Of a DNA stretch of 64,000 nucleotides, positions 9,494 through 19,135 are shown piece after piece. Source of the DNA: Patescibacteria group bacterium (GTDB lineage: Bacteria > Patescibacteriota > Patescibacteriia > Veblenbacterales > UBA10138); assembly GCA_018817715.1 (NCBI GenBank), contig JAHITT010000004.1, positions 19,751 to 83,750 of the forward strand. The letters run 5' to 3'. The notes below the pieces were generated by a model, which was not told the origin of the DNA, ran no database searches, and saw nothing but the letters and a program-made list of their open reading frames with translations. Made by a program: the position numbers and the translations under genes. Position 1 is the first letter of the stretch; each line of letters opens with the position of its first letter.

Positions 9494-10807
9494 TTATAAA
9501 GCTGGTGGATTATTACCACCTGGTGGCAAATTAACAACATTCTTAACTACCTGAAAAGACTTAACCATAGCCTGAAACAAATGATAATAGGAAGCTTGCG
9601 TACGCGTTCCGATATTATAACTTAAAGTCACCAAACTATTATTCAAAGTCGTATACAAATTAAGCCCATCCAAACTTCTAGCCCAGGTTAAATCACCAAT
9701 AGTCACAATCGGAACCTCGGCAGGTTTTAAATTTGGCACCTGTTTAGCATACCAATCAACTGCTGTTAACTTCCCTGGATTATCCACTACTAAAACTTCA
9801 ATAAATTCACCTTCTGCTCCAGAAAAAATTACTTCCGTGGTCTCTTGGTCTGTAGCTTTAGCTAACCAAGCTAAGGGGTATAAAATATCATAATTAAATT
9901 TCTCATTCTTATACCAGGAAAATTTTTCCGAGTCTATTAATTTGGCACCATCGGCTTTAATTGGATCATAACCCTGATTAACTTCACTTCCATCCAAATA
10001 ACCGTCACTGTCACTGTCCGGCTTATTAACATCGGTACCAAAAATTGCCTCCTCCATATCCGTTAAACCATCTGCATCCTGATCACTAGTTAAACTAGGC
10101 GGTACGACTGACCGAACTTCTGTTATGGTTTCTTCTAATTGAACATTTATACCCAAAGGTCCAGCCAATTGTTCACCTGTTAACAAACCAGCCACCCCTT
10201 CTTCTAAAGAAAATTTTATAGTATAAACTAAACCGTCAGGGCTTTCATACAAATAAGGTAAACCGCCTGGTTCTGGATTAGTTGGCACTTTGTCCATATA
10301 CAAAGGTGGCTGAGCTACGGCCGTAAAACCAATGGCTGCTAAAACCTGATAAGGTTGGCTACCTAAAATTATCGGCTGAACTGCTAAAGGATAACGTTTT
10401 TGTTCAGCTTTATAAATTTCCAAAGCTGCTTGAATATTACGAATATCTTTGTAACGCAAACGATCTCGTTCAGCTGGGGTAGCTGGTGCTGGTTCTTCTA
10501 AAGTCTCAGACTCCGAGGGGTCCGATATATTTTGAATAGGTTGATTAACGGCAACTGGTAAATTATTAGGTGCAACTGATTGAGAATTACGCAATAAAAA
10601 ATATATACCAAAAGTAGCCGCCAAAACTACTGCTCCAATCGCCCCTAACCACCAATATTTCAAAAAAATATTATCTTTAGGTAAAGGAGCTTGATAAGTC
10701 ACAGGCATAGTATAAATTTGCCCCCAAACTGATTCCTTAGTATTCTCAAGCGGGTTAATTTCTTCCTTGTCTATATTATCAGTAGTTTGATTTTTTATAT
10801 TAAACAC
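9494..10807 (-). CDS. Membrane-anchored surface protein: pilin-head-like domain, TSP3 Ca-binding repeat, PsbP-like domain
   Basis: TM segment; RDRLRYKDIRNIQAALEIY..YP..VPTNP; DQDADGLTD/DSDSDGYLDG; FNYDILYP.AW...FQAMVKSFQ. Confidence 0.65.
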   Translation of the reverse strand: MFNIKNQTTDNIDKEEINPLENTKESVWGQIYTMPVTYQAPLPKDNIFLKYWWLGAIGAVVLAATFGIYFLLRNSQSVAPNNLPVAVNQPIQNISDPSESETLEEPAPATPAERDRLRYKDIRNIQAALEIYKAEQKRYPLAVQPIILGSQPYQVLAAIGFTAVAQPPLYMDKVPTNPEPGGLPYLYESPDGLVYTIKFSLEEGVAGLLTGEQLAGPLGINVQLEETITEVRSVVPPSLTSDQDADGLTDMEEAIFGTDVNKPDSDSDGYLDGSEVNQGYDPIKADGAKLIDSEKFSWYKNEKFNYDILYPLAWLAKATDQETTEVIFSGAEGEFIEVLVVDNPGKLTAVDWYAKQVPNLKPAEVPIVTIGDLTWARSLDGLNLYTTLNNSLVTLSYNIGTRTQASYYHLFQAMVKSFQVVKNVVNLPPGGNNPPAL

Positions 10808-10825
10808 AATTTTTTTAAAAATAAT

Positions 10826-11416
10826 TTAAGGTAATTCTAATAACTTTCCGTCACCCAAAGGATTATAACCATTAGTTACTTCTTGCCCATCAGAAAAACC
10901 ATCGCCATCCGTATCCGACAACAAAGGATCTGTTTTATAGACTTTAACTTCTTCTCGGTCATACAAACCATCGCCATCCGTATCCGACAAAAAAGCATTA
11001 GTACCTAAAACCCCTTCTTCACTATCGGTTAAACCATCACCATCCTGATCTGGTAAGGGAGTATCCGGCCTAATATCAACTGGCTGATTATTTGTATTAT
11101 CTACCACTGGCTCATTAGTGACAGATTCAGAAATTGAGTTTAAATTAGCCTGGCTACCATTACTAGAAGCGGATAACCAATAAATTAAACCGATAATTAC
11201 ACCGACGACGACGACAGCCACCACAAACCACAACCAACGTTGGCTAGCTAATTTTGTCTCCTCCAGATTGATTGTCCGAACTGGCGGAACAATTGCCGTA
11301 GCCGGATCCAAAGAAACTGAGGGTTGATTAGTAGCCGGACTATGACCAGAATCAGTATCTTTAAAAATATCTTCTACTGGAGCTTGATCGGCGCCAGGTT
11401 TAGTTTCTTCAAACAT
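10826..11416 (-). CDS. Membrane-anchored protein with bacterial TSP3 (DxDxDG) repeats
   Basis: TM then [28 protein letters not shown]. Confidence 0.75.
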   Translation of the reverse strand: MFEETKPGADQAPVEDIFKDTDSGHSPATNQPSVSLDPATAIVPPVRTINLEETKLASQRWLWFVVAVVVVGVIIGLIYWLSASSNGSQANLNSISESVTNEPVVDNTNNQPVDIRPDTPLPDQDGDGLTDSEEGVLGTNAFLSDTDGDGLYDREEVKVYKTDPLLSDTDGDGFSDGQEVTNGYNPLGDGKLLELP

Positions 11417-11478
11417 AATTTAAAAGACTAATAATAACTAATTTGTATAATAGCAAAAAAATCCAACCAAGTCTTTAA

Positions 11479-14400
11479 TTATTCAACCGCCTCTAATTGC
11501 TTGGGGTCAATTTTTATATTTTGACTAGTTGAATTGTACTTATAACTATCACAATTATCATTGTTAGAAATTGTTACTTCGCCACTTGATAAGGACCAAA
11601 TAATGTTTTTATATTCAAAATTAGCTAATAAACTATAGCCAGTCAAACCACCCTGGCCATTATAGATATATTGATAAACATGTGAACCCAAAGAACACTT
11701 AAAATTCTTAATTACTTCATTCCAACAAGTATTAGCATTATAACCACTACCACAATCAACTAATTTATTTTTTGGGTCCACTGGCAAACCAGCACCTAAA
11801 ACATTGCCTAACTCCGATTGCCAAGACGGCCACGCACTGACTGTCCGCCCAGTTAAATAAGTTCCCGCTGATAAAACTGGATACGAACCTTTGGCTTGAT
11901 AATAATCTTCCAAAGCGGTTCTTATAGTTCTTAAATCGGTTAACCTTTGATAATCACGCTTCAATTTACTTATTGAATCAGTTGAAGATAAATTAATATT
12001 AAATTGCCAATTATTTATTAACTCATTGAATATTTGAGTCATTGATTGTCCAGCTGATTTATTATAAGACAACACATAAATATTAGAATAGGCTTTCCCA
12101 GCAGTTAAATTAACCGCTCCAACGTAAACGCTATTACCATCCTGAATAGCCGAATAATCATCCAAATTACCAATTAATTTAGGGTTGGCTTTAATAATAT
12201 CTGAACGGTTATTATACCAATCCATCGGATTTAACTGATTATTATTGCTATAAACTCTTAAACCAATAACATCCTCACTACCATCTATCCGCAATAAATA
12301 TTCATTTAATAAATCGCCTTGACCCGGCAAGGGACCGGCTTTGATTAACTCTGGTAAACCAGCACTAGAATCGTTCACTGTCACGGATCGACAATAGCGC
12401 AAACGAAAATTATACTTATTATCATCAGATTGCCAAGGTACTTCACATAAATAAACCTCCAACAAAGCTGAAGTGCTGGCCTGACCAGCTAATTGATTTG
12501 AAGCATCAGCAATTACTTGTAAGGCCGCCCGACCATTTTTATTACCAGATACAGCCACTACAGATTGCTCAGATACTAAACCTGATAAGCTAACCACCCC
12601 AGCCGCATCACTCTTGGTCCATTTGTAAGAAGCATTAACGGCTACATCCTCTTTATCCCGGGCTTGGGCATAAAATTCTTGACCCTGACCAGGTTTATTA
12701 TAAACATGATCTGCTGGATCAATAAAAACTTTATCAACCTGACAAACTTCCTGCCCAACTCTAAAATTCCACTGACAATTATTAACTGTGCCACAATCAA
12801 ACCGACCAGACGGCAAAAAGACTTGATAACTACTATGACTGCTATTGGGTGGCAATAAATTGTTTTTAGGCGTAAAAATCAAACGACTACCTCGTAAACT
12901 AGTAGTACCTAGTATAGTTTCTATAATCTCCGGACAAGCATCTTCATTACAACCCGTTTTTAATACTAAATCACTAGCCTTAACTTCATTGGCTAAAGGT
13001 GGACGGTTAAAAGTCGCCACCACCACAGCATTACGACAAACATTTTGCGCCGAACCTAAGGGCTCCACTTTTATTAAACGTAAAACCGTACTATCTGGAT
13101 CGCTTCCTACGTCTATATCTTTATCTGTTATATATAATCTACTTTGGTTTTCCTTATTCTCGCTAGAAATTTTAGCCTTAATCATAACTGGCTGATCAAC
13201 CGCCGTCCAATCTTTAGCCGTCGCTCGAGATTTAAAACTATTAGATAAGGGAGTTACTGTAGCTTTAGTAGTATTATCGCTAGACCATTGCCAACTATAA
13301 CCACTAGGCGACAAAATATTACAGTTACTTGCCACTGCCTGACCAATAAAATCTTTGGTATTATTAGGAGTCGTCAAACTAGAAATTTTAGCCTGGCTGG
13401 GTGACACCAAAACTTTATCTAAACTACAACTGCCAGTTGGTTTAACCCGCCATTGCCATACATAATCCTCAGCCAAATTTAATCCAACTAAGCTGACTAC
13501 CGACTGCTTAATAGTTGCCTGATACCAATAACCAGGCTGTAAATTAGCTACCGATTTGGCTGTAAAACCCTCAGCACCGCTTTGACTACTAGGCAGTATT
13601 TCAATAGTTTCCCAATTAATTTCCGTTTGACAATCTGATTGATTAAATATATCAGCCTGGCCACAGACTCGTAATTTTATATTAGCGACCGTCAGACTAC
13701 TTGCTAACATACTTTCGGTAAAACGAACCGACACCAAAGTATTGTTGCAGCTTAAATCATTCAAAGCCGGACTAGGACTCTGCGTACCAGATAAACAGGC
13801 AGTATATTCCACAACTTTAGGTTGTTTAACCACTGTTTGTCCGGCACCCGAAACCTGCAAAATCTTACAATTTGATTTTAATCCGTTAGAAGTAACACAA
13901 ACCTGATGACGACCAGCTGCTAAAGCATTAAGAGCTCCTAAAACTGGCGTCTGAGTATAAATTTCATCATCTTGCCAATAAAATTCTGGACTAAACTTAT
14001 TCGCCAAAAAATCACTAAATGATAATTTATTACCTATGGACTGATTACCAAAACGTTCACCTGTCACCTTAACCGCCAGCGGCAACTCCTCTATCGCAAC
14101 TTGATTAGGAGCTAAAGAACAAATACCTGGTCCAACCGGATTATTATTAACTGTAAAATTTTCTAAGTTGCTAGGCTTATTAGAACTATTAGTACCAGTT
14201 GAGGCAGTTGTTAATTGCAACATGTAATCACCCAGTGGCAAACCTTGAGGAACTTTTACGGTAATATCCGTCTCTTGCCACCAATTACTACACTGACCGG
14301 GCGCCTCAGCTATCCAAGAATTACTGCCCGACCAAAATTTAACTACACCTGGTTGATCACCAAAATTATATCCTTGCAAACTAATAAATTGATCAGACGC

Positions 14401-16014
14401 CCCCTGATTAGGCGACACCTTATCTAAATAAGGACTTAAAGATTTAAAAGATAATTCATTAGATTTGCTGAAGCCAACCCTTAGACTAACTCGACCACCT
14501 TTAGCTGTTAAACCGTCCTGATCATAAGCCGGACCAGTATCTGTACCCACAGGCAAACGCACCTTAACCTGTCCGTCAACACAAGCAACCCGTAAACTAT
14601 GGCCTACTGGATAATGAGATTGTCCATTCCAACATAAAATATTCTCTAAATTATCAAAACTATTATTACCTGACAGCAAACCATTAAAGTCGACTTCCCC
14701 ATCTAAAAATAAATTCTCACCAGCCAGAGTCACAGTTTGTCCGTAATTAGTCGCTGACGGCTCAACCGAACTTAATATCGGACTACACTGTAAAGTTAAA
14801 CCTGTAGTAAACTGCCAAATATAATCATCACCACTGCCATCTGCTTGGCCGTTACTATTACCATCTAAAGGATTACCACAAGTATCTGTTATCCCTTCTG
14901 GTCCGCTTTTCAGAATTACCTCATACTGAGTACTGGCCGATAAACTTAATCTCTGTCCACCACTAGTCTGAGCATAAAAAGTAACAATCTGGAAATTATT
15001 ACCAAAAGAGGGCTGACTTAATTGCATAACTGAAGTTGGATTGTCTTTTTCTCTTAATATAACATTGCCGTAAAAACTAGCAGCGTCCATTGGTTCATTA
15101 AACGCAATTTGAATAGGTGTTTCCCGACAAACTTCAGTCTTATTTTCAGCAGGTTCGGTAGTAACCACTTTAGGCAATTGGCTGTCAGACTGTGTACCAG
15201 TAGTAAATTGCCAAGTTTTACCCGGATCAAGTTTAAACCGTAAGCTATTAACGCTTACTATACCAGCGCTACCACCCTGCAAACTAACCTCATATTGTGT
15301 ATTGGGTGAAAAATCTTGACCTAAATGACGATAAGAAATAATTGCCGCGTCACTGCTTGGAAAAAATTGGCCACCACTAAAAGCCTCCCCGTCCGATATT
15401 TTAACTATTTTAAAACTATTAACATTTACCTGATCACGTTTAACTGATTGATTAAACTCCACCTGAACATTGCTACACAAACTTACACCAGTACCCCCAG
15501 GGTAAGTTCTTTTTGTTTGCAAGTACTGTGCCCCAGCTGTTGGTAAACAAGGGGGTAGGCTACCATCAGGACACAAACTACTGTCACCTGGACCACCATC
15601 ACCATTATTATTTATCGCACCTGTTAAACGATTAAAAATAAAAGTCGCTATACCAAAAGAAGCCAAAATAATTACCAAACCAATAACAGCTGAAGATAAT
15701 ATTTTTTTTGCTTGAGTAATTTTTTCTTCATTACCTTGCGAAGTCAACCAAATATAGCCGGCATAAATAATTAAAACAACGGCTATAATACCCAAAACAC
15801 CTAAAAATATATTTATAATATTAGCCACCGTTTCAATTAACGGCTGATTACCTAAATTAACATTACCTTGCTCTAAATTATCTAAACCGAACTCTTGGGC
15901 GTAAACGACATAATAACTAAAAATAAAAGCAGACAAACCAACCAACCAACCGGTTGATTTAGTCAAAATTTTTTTGACTGAAATAATAAAAAAATTTGGT
16001 TTGTAAAACGTCAT
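11479..16014 (-). CDS. 1511-aa surface protein: N-terminal TrbC/VirB2-like pilin, Ig-like (Big_5/IPT-TIG) repeats, PsbP-like and pilin-head-like C-terminus
   Basis: IINIFLGVLGIIAVVLIIYAGYIWLTSQGNEEKITQAKKIL; repeated V.FN..M and W.FTTG; IPT-like L.G.NFG..W....I; KRDYQRLTDL..ALEDYY..YP. Confidence 0.75.
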   Translation of the reverse strand: MTFYKPNFFIISVKKILTKSTGWLVGLSAFIFSYYVVYAQEFGLDNLEQGNVNLGNQPLIETVANIINIFLGVLGIIAVVLIIYAGYIWLTSQGNEEKITQAKKILSSAVIGLVIILASFGIATFIFNRLTGAINNNGDGGPGDSSLCPDGSLPPCLPTAGAQYLQTKRTYPGGTGVSLCSNVQVEFNQSVKRDQVNVNSFKIVKISDGEAFSGGQFFPSSDAAIISYRHLGQDFSPNTQYEVSLQGGSAGIVSVNSLRFKLDPGKTWQFTTGTQSDSQLPKVVTTEPAENKTEVCRETPIQIAFNEPMDAASFYGNVILREKDNPTSVMQLSQPSFGNNFQIVTFYAQTSGGQRLSLSASTQYEVILKSGPEGITDTCGNPLDGNSNGQADGSGDDYIWQFTTGLTLQCSPILSSVEPSATNYGQTVTLAGENLFLDGEVDFNGLLSGNNSFDNLENILCWNGQSHYPVGHSLRVACVDGQVKVRLPVGTDTGPAYDQDGLTAKGGRVSLRVGFSKSNELSFKSLSPYLDKVSPNQGASDQFISLQGYNFGDQPGVVKFWSGSNSWIAEAPGQCSNWWQETDITVKVPQGLPLGDYMLQLTTASTGTNSSNKPSNLENFTVNNNPVGPGICSLAPNQVAIEELPLAVKVTGERFGNQSIGNKLSFSDFLANKFSPEFYWQDDEIYTQTPVLGALNALAAGRHQVCVTSNGLKSNCKILQVSGAGQTVVKQPKVVEYTACLSGTQSPSPALNDLSCNNTLVSVRFTESMLASSLTVANIKLRVCGQADIFNQSDCQTEINWETIEILPSSQSGAEGFTAKSVANLQPGYWYQATIKQSVVSLVGLNLAEDYVWQWRVKPTGSCSLDKVLVSPSQAKISSLTTPNNTKDFIGQAVASNCNILSPSGYSWQWSSDNTTKATVTPLSNSFKSRATAKDWTAVDQPVMIKAKISSENKENQSRLYITDKDIDVGSDPDSTVLRLIKVEPLGSAQNVCRNAVVVATFNRPPLANEVKASDLVLKTGCNEDACPEIIETILGTTSLRGSRLIFTPKNNLLPPNSSHSSYQVFLPSGRFDCGTVNNCQWNFRVGQEVCQVDKVFIDPADHVYNKPGQGQEFYAQARDKEDVAVNASYKWTKSDAAGVVSLSGLVSEQSVVAVSGNKNGRAALQVIADASNQLAGQASTSALLEVYLCEVPWQSDDNKYNFRLRYCRSVTVNDSSAGLPELIKAGPLPGQGDLLNEYLLRIDGSEDVIGLRVYSNNNQLNPMDWYNNRSDIIKANPKLIGNLDDYSAIQDGNSVYVGAVNLTAGKAYSNIYVLSYNKSAGQSMTQIFNELINNWQFNINLSSTDSISKLKRDYQRLTDLRTIRTALEDYYQAKGSYPVLSAGTYLTGRTVSAWPSWQSELGNVLGAGLPVDPKNKLVDCGSGYNANTCWNEVIKNFKCSLGSHVYQYIYNGQGGLTGYSLLANFEYKNIIWSLSSGEVTISNNDNCDSYKYNSTSQNIKIDPKQLEAVE

Positions 16015-16046
16015 TTTTTAATAATGGCTAATAATTTTATAAAAAT

Positions 16047-16508
16047 TTAATTCTTTAAACTTTCAACCACTAAAGCGCTGACAGTTCCACCATCCACCGA
16101 ACCTTGATAATAATCCAAAACAGCTTTGGTTAATTTACCGCGATCCTTATCTTGAGACAAAGCTAACTCATTTTTCAATTTAATAATTTGTTTTTTAATA
16201 TCCTCCAAGGCCGGGGCCGGCGGCAAGTAAGTAACCAGAACTTTATCTTCGGCTAATTCTTTATTGGCTAAATCAACTCGACCAGCCTCCTTGTAAAGCT
16301 GGGCCGCTTCTTTACGTCTTTTACTTTCCCGCCGAATAATTTGCATACTATTAGCTTCAGTTAACTCCTTATTTTGTGCTCTTAAAGAAATTACTTCATT
16401 AGCCAAAGCGGCCTTAAGCATTCGCAAGACTTGAAGGTCTTCCGAATGCCCCCGGGCCGCTTTTTTTATATCTTCGACTAAGCGCTCACTAATTGTCTGA
16501 TTAGACAT
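16047..16508 (-). CDS. yqeY: GatB/YqeY domain protein
   Basis: KRRKEAAQLYKEAGRVDLANKELAE..VL..YLP; downstream of rpsU. Confidence 0.9.
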   Translation of the reverse strand: MSNQTISERLVEDIKKAARGHSEDLQVLRMLKAALANEVISLRAQNKELTEANSMQIIRRESKRRKEAAQLYKEAGRVDLANKELAEDKVLVTYLPPAPALEDIKKQIIKLKNELALSQDKDRGKLTKAVLDYYQGSVDGGTVSALVVESLKN

Positions 16509-16513
16509 ATTAA

Positions 16514-16789
16514 TTAACGTAAGGTTCTTTTAATAAGAGCTTTAATCTTAGGGTTACGACTGCGCAAATCTTCTTCCGTTAATTGACCAGTTTTGCGCAA
16601 ATACTCCTTACGTCCCCTAATTTTCTGACGACGAACAGCATCCACCCTTTGCTCCCCTTTACTTTTCGTCGGCTCAAAACGTTGGCGCTTTTTAGTACGC
16701 AGTATAATGCCTGATTGCTGGACTTTTTTAGAAAAACGACGAATCAGTCCTTCGACCGATTCTCCATCTTTTCTTTTCACTTCTATCAC
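16514..16789 (-). CDS. rpsU: 30S ribosomal protein S21
   Basis: KRKDGESVEGLIRRFSKKVQQSG; basic protein; upstream of yqeY. Confidence 0.85.
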   Translation of the reverse strand: MIEVKRKDGESVEGLIRRFSKKVQQSGIILRTKKRQRFEPTKSKGEQRVDAVRRQKIRGRKEYLRKTGQLTEEDLRSRNPKIKALIKRTLR

Positions 16790-16943
16790 TTTGCGTCACC
16801 TCCTTTTTAAAATAAGGTACTAATCTTTAAAGCTTTCAATTTGAAAGCACCCTAATTGTACCGATTTTTTTGCCCTAAGTCAAGGCAAAAAACTCTCCCA
16901 AAACCTAATCCAAAAGAACTAAATGATTTATCAATTATTTATT

Positions 16944-18350
16944 TTATTTACCCAAAACATCTTGAGCCAAAGAAACTTCAGTCCGATAAGCCACTAAACG
17001 CTTCTTTACTTCATTGACTATTTTTTTAAGATCAACCGTTTCCTGAATTCCGTTTTCCATATCTCTCACAATTACCGTACCATCCATCATTTCTTTTTGA
17101 CCTAAAACCAAAGTATACTTAACACCTAAACGATTAGCACTCTCCAATTGAGCCTTTAAACCATCCTTAGCAAAATTTTCTCCAACCCTCACACCCTGAT
17201 TTTTTAAATCTTCAAATAGTTTCAAAGCTAATTTTTTAGCTTCATTACCTAAACAAGCCAAAAACACATCCGGATTATTAGGAGCTGGTAAGTCTACTTG
17301 ACGTTGTTTCATTTCATTAACTAAACGATCCACACCTGCAGCAAAACCGACGGCTGCTGTTTCTTGCCCACCTAATTCAGCTATTAAATTATCATAACGA
17401 CCACCCGCCGCCAAAGCGGTTTGACCTCCTTCATCATCTTGACTCCAAATTTCAAAAACCGTTCTAGTATAATAATCCAAACCTCGCACCAAATAAGGAT
17501 TCAATTGATAAGTCAATTCCACGCCATCCAAGTATTCCAAAACAGTCACAAAATGCTGGCGGCAATTTTGACATAACGAATCTACCAACTGAGGAGCGTT
17601 TTTGGTCAAATCTCGACAAGCTGGTTCTTTACAATCCAACAAACGTAAAGGATTACGTTGCAATCTTTTTTTACAATCCTCGCATAAATCTGATTTTTTA
17701 GTTCGATAATAATCCTGCAAAGCCTGGCGATAATCCACTCGACAATCCGGACAACCAACACTATTTATTTGAACCGTTACCGGCAAACTCAAGCTTTGAC
17801 ACAAAGACAAAGCTGTTAAAATTATCTGACTGTCGGCCATGGCCGAAGGGTCACCTAATATTTCATAGTCAATCTGCCAAAAGCTTCTATACCGACCAGC
17901 TTGCGGACGTTCATGCCTAAAAATTGGCCCTAAAGAATATACTTTAACTGGCTGAGGCCAAGCTAACATACCATGCTCTATATAAGCCCTAGCTAAACCT
18001 GCCGTGTATTCCGGCCGTAAGGTTAAATGATCACCTGACTGGTCTACAAAAGAATACATTTCTTTCTCGACAATATCCGTGGCCGTACCAATTGCTCGAG
18101 TAAACAAAGAAGTCTTTTCTAAAATTGGCGTTTCCAAACGACTATAACCATAAATATCAGCCTGCTTAACTATCTGCTCATTAATATAATTCCACCACAA
18201 CCAATCAGTTGGCATAATATCATGCATCCCTCTAACTAACTGAGGAGTAGAAATTCTTTTCTGCTTCACACCAGACTTAGCCGCCAAAGCCAAAGCCTCC
18301 TTTTCTGAACGACTAGTTTTTTTATTAGAATTTTTATTGTTAAACATCAT
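16944..18350 (-). CDS. hisS: Histidine--tRNA ligase
   Basis: LRPEYTA, FRHERPQAGRYR, LVRGLDYY, AGGRYD. Confidence 0.97.
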   Translation of the reverse strand: MMFNNKNSNKKTSRSEKEALALAAKSGVKQKRISTPQLVRGMHDIMPTDWLWWNYINEQIVKQADIYGYSRLETPILEKTSLFTRAIGTATDIVEKEMYSFVDQSGDHLTLRPEYTAGLARAYIEHGMLAWPQPVKVYSLGPIFRHERPQAGRYRSFWQIDYEILGDPSAMADSQIILTALSLCQSLSLPVTVQINSVGCPDCRVDYRQALQDYYRTKKSDLCEDCKKRLQRNPLRLLDCKEPACRDLTKNAPQLVDSLCQNCRQHFVTVLEYLDGVELTYQLNPYLVRGLDYYTRTVFEIWSQDDEGGQTALAAGGRYDNLIAELGGQETAAVGFAAGVDRLVNEMKQRQVDLPAPNNPDVFLACLGNEAKKLALKLFEDLKNQGVRVGENFAKDGLKAQLESANRLGVKYTLVLGQKEMMDGTVIVRDMENGIQETVDLKKIVNEVKKRLVAYRTEVSLAQDVLGK

Positions 18351-18356
18351 AGGCTC

Positions 18357-18917
18357 TTAATTGATTACCGATAGATTAAAAATAGCTAACCGATCAAATG
18401 GCCAAGCTCTTAGCCAACTACGGCCAACTATCTCCCTTTTAATAATCGGCCCAAAACTCCGGGAGTCCAAACTAGCACCTCGGTTATCCCCCAAAACATA
18501 ATACTGATCAATTTGCAAAGTAATATCCTGATCACCTTGAGTAATTACACCCGTTGGCAAATAATCTTCCGTTATTTTTTCCAATGACTGTCCATTTATT
18601 GCCAACCAAACAGCCCCTTCTTTAATAACCACCCGGTCATGAGGCAAACCAATTATTCTTTTTATAAAAAATTCCCTTTCATTTCTAGGATATCTCAATA
18701 CTACTACTTCACCGCGTTTCACTTCTCTAAAGCGAAAACTTATTTCATCAATCAATAAATAATCACTATTCAAATAAGTCGGCTCCATTGATTCACCTTT
18801 AACATAAAAAGGTTGCACTAAAAAATAACGAACTGGCAAAATAATCGCCAATGATATCAAACCGACTTTAATTACTTCGCTTAAAAATTGTCCAGTCTCT
18901 TTCCAATAATTAGACAT
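18357..18917 (-). CDS. lepB: Signal peptidase I
   Basis: GESMEPT, FIKRIIGLP, GDNR..SLDSR. Confidence 0.95.
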   Translation of the reverse strand: MSNYWKETGQFLSEVIKVGLISLAIILPVRYFLVQPFYVKGESMEPTYLNSDYLLIDEISFRFREVKRGEVVVLRYPRNEREFFIKRIIGLPHDRVVIKEGAVWLAINGQSLEKITEDYLPTGVITQGDQDITLQIDQYYVLGDNRGASLDSRSFGPIIKREIVGRSWLRAWPFDRLAIFNLSVIN

Positions 18918-18921
18918 AGTT

Positions 18922-19006
18922 TAATAGAATTACGAATTACGAATAATGAATCAAGACTAAACTTATAAACACTAAATTCTTAATTCTCTATTCTTAATTC
19001 TAAATT
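18922..19006. repeat. Inverted degenerate heptamer arrays
   Basis: (GAATTAC)n-like units on the left, (TAATTCT)n-like units on the right. Confidence 0.5.
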
Positions 19007-19007
19007 A

Positions 19008-19084
19008 TGGTGGACGCACCTGGATTCGAACCAGGGACCTTTGCAATGTGAATGCAACGCTCTAACCAACTGAGCTATGCGTCC
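19008..19084 (-). tRNA. tRNA-Val(CAC)
   Basis: GGACGCATAGCTCAGTTGG...TTGCA-TT-CAC-AT-TGCAA...GGTTCGAATCC...GCGTCCACCA. Confidence 0.95.
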
Positions 19085-19135
19085 TTAACTCTTCACTTTA
19101 CGACCACTATTATAATTGACACAGAAACATAGCTA

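Noticed and set aside
10896-10990. 26-bp exact repeat in the TSP3 gene
   Set aside because: Encodes tandem LSDTDGDG calcium-binding repeats
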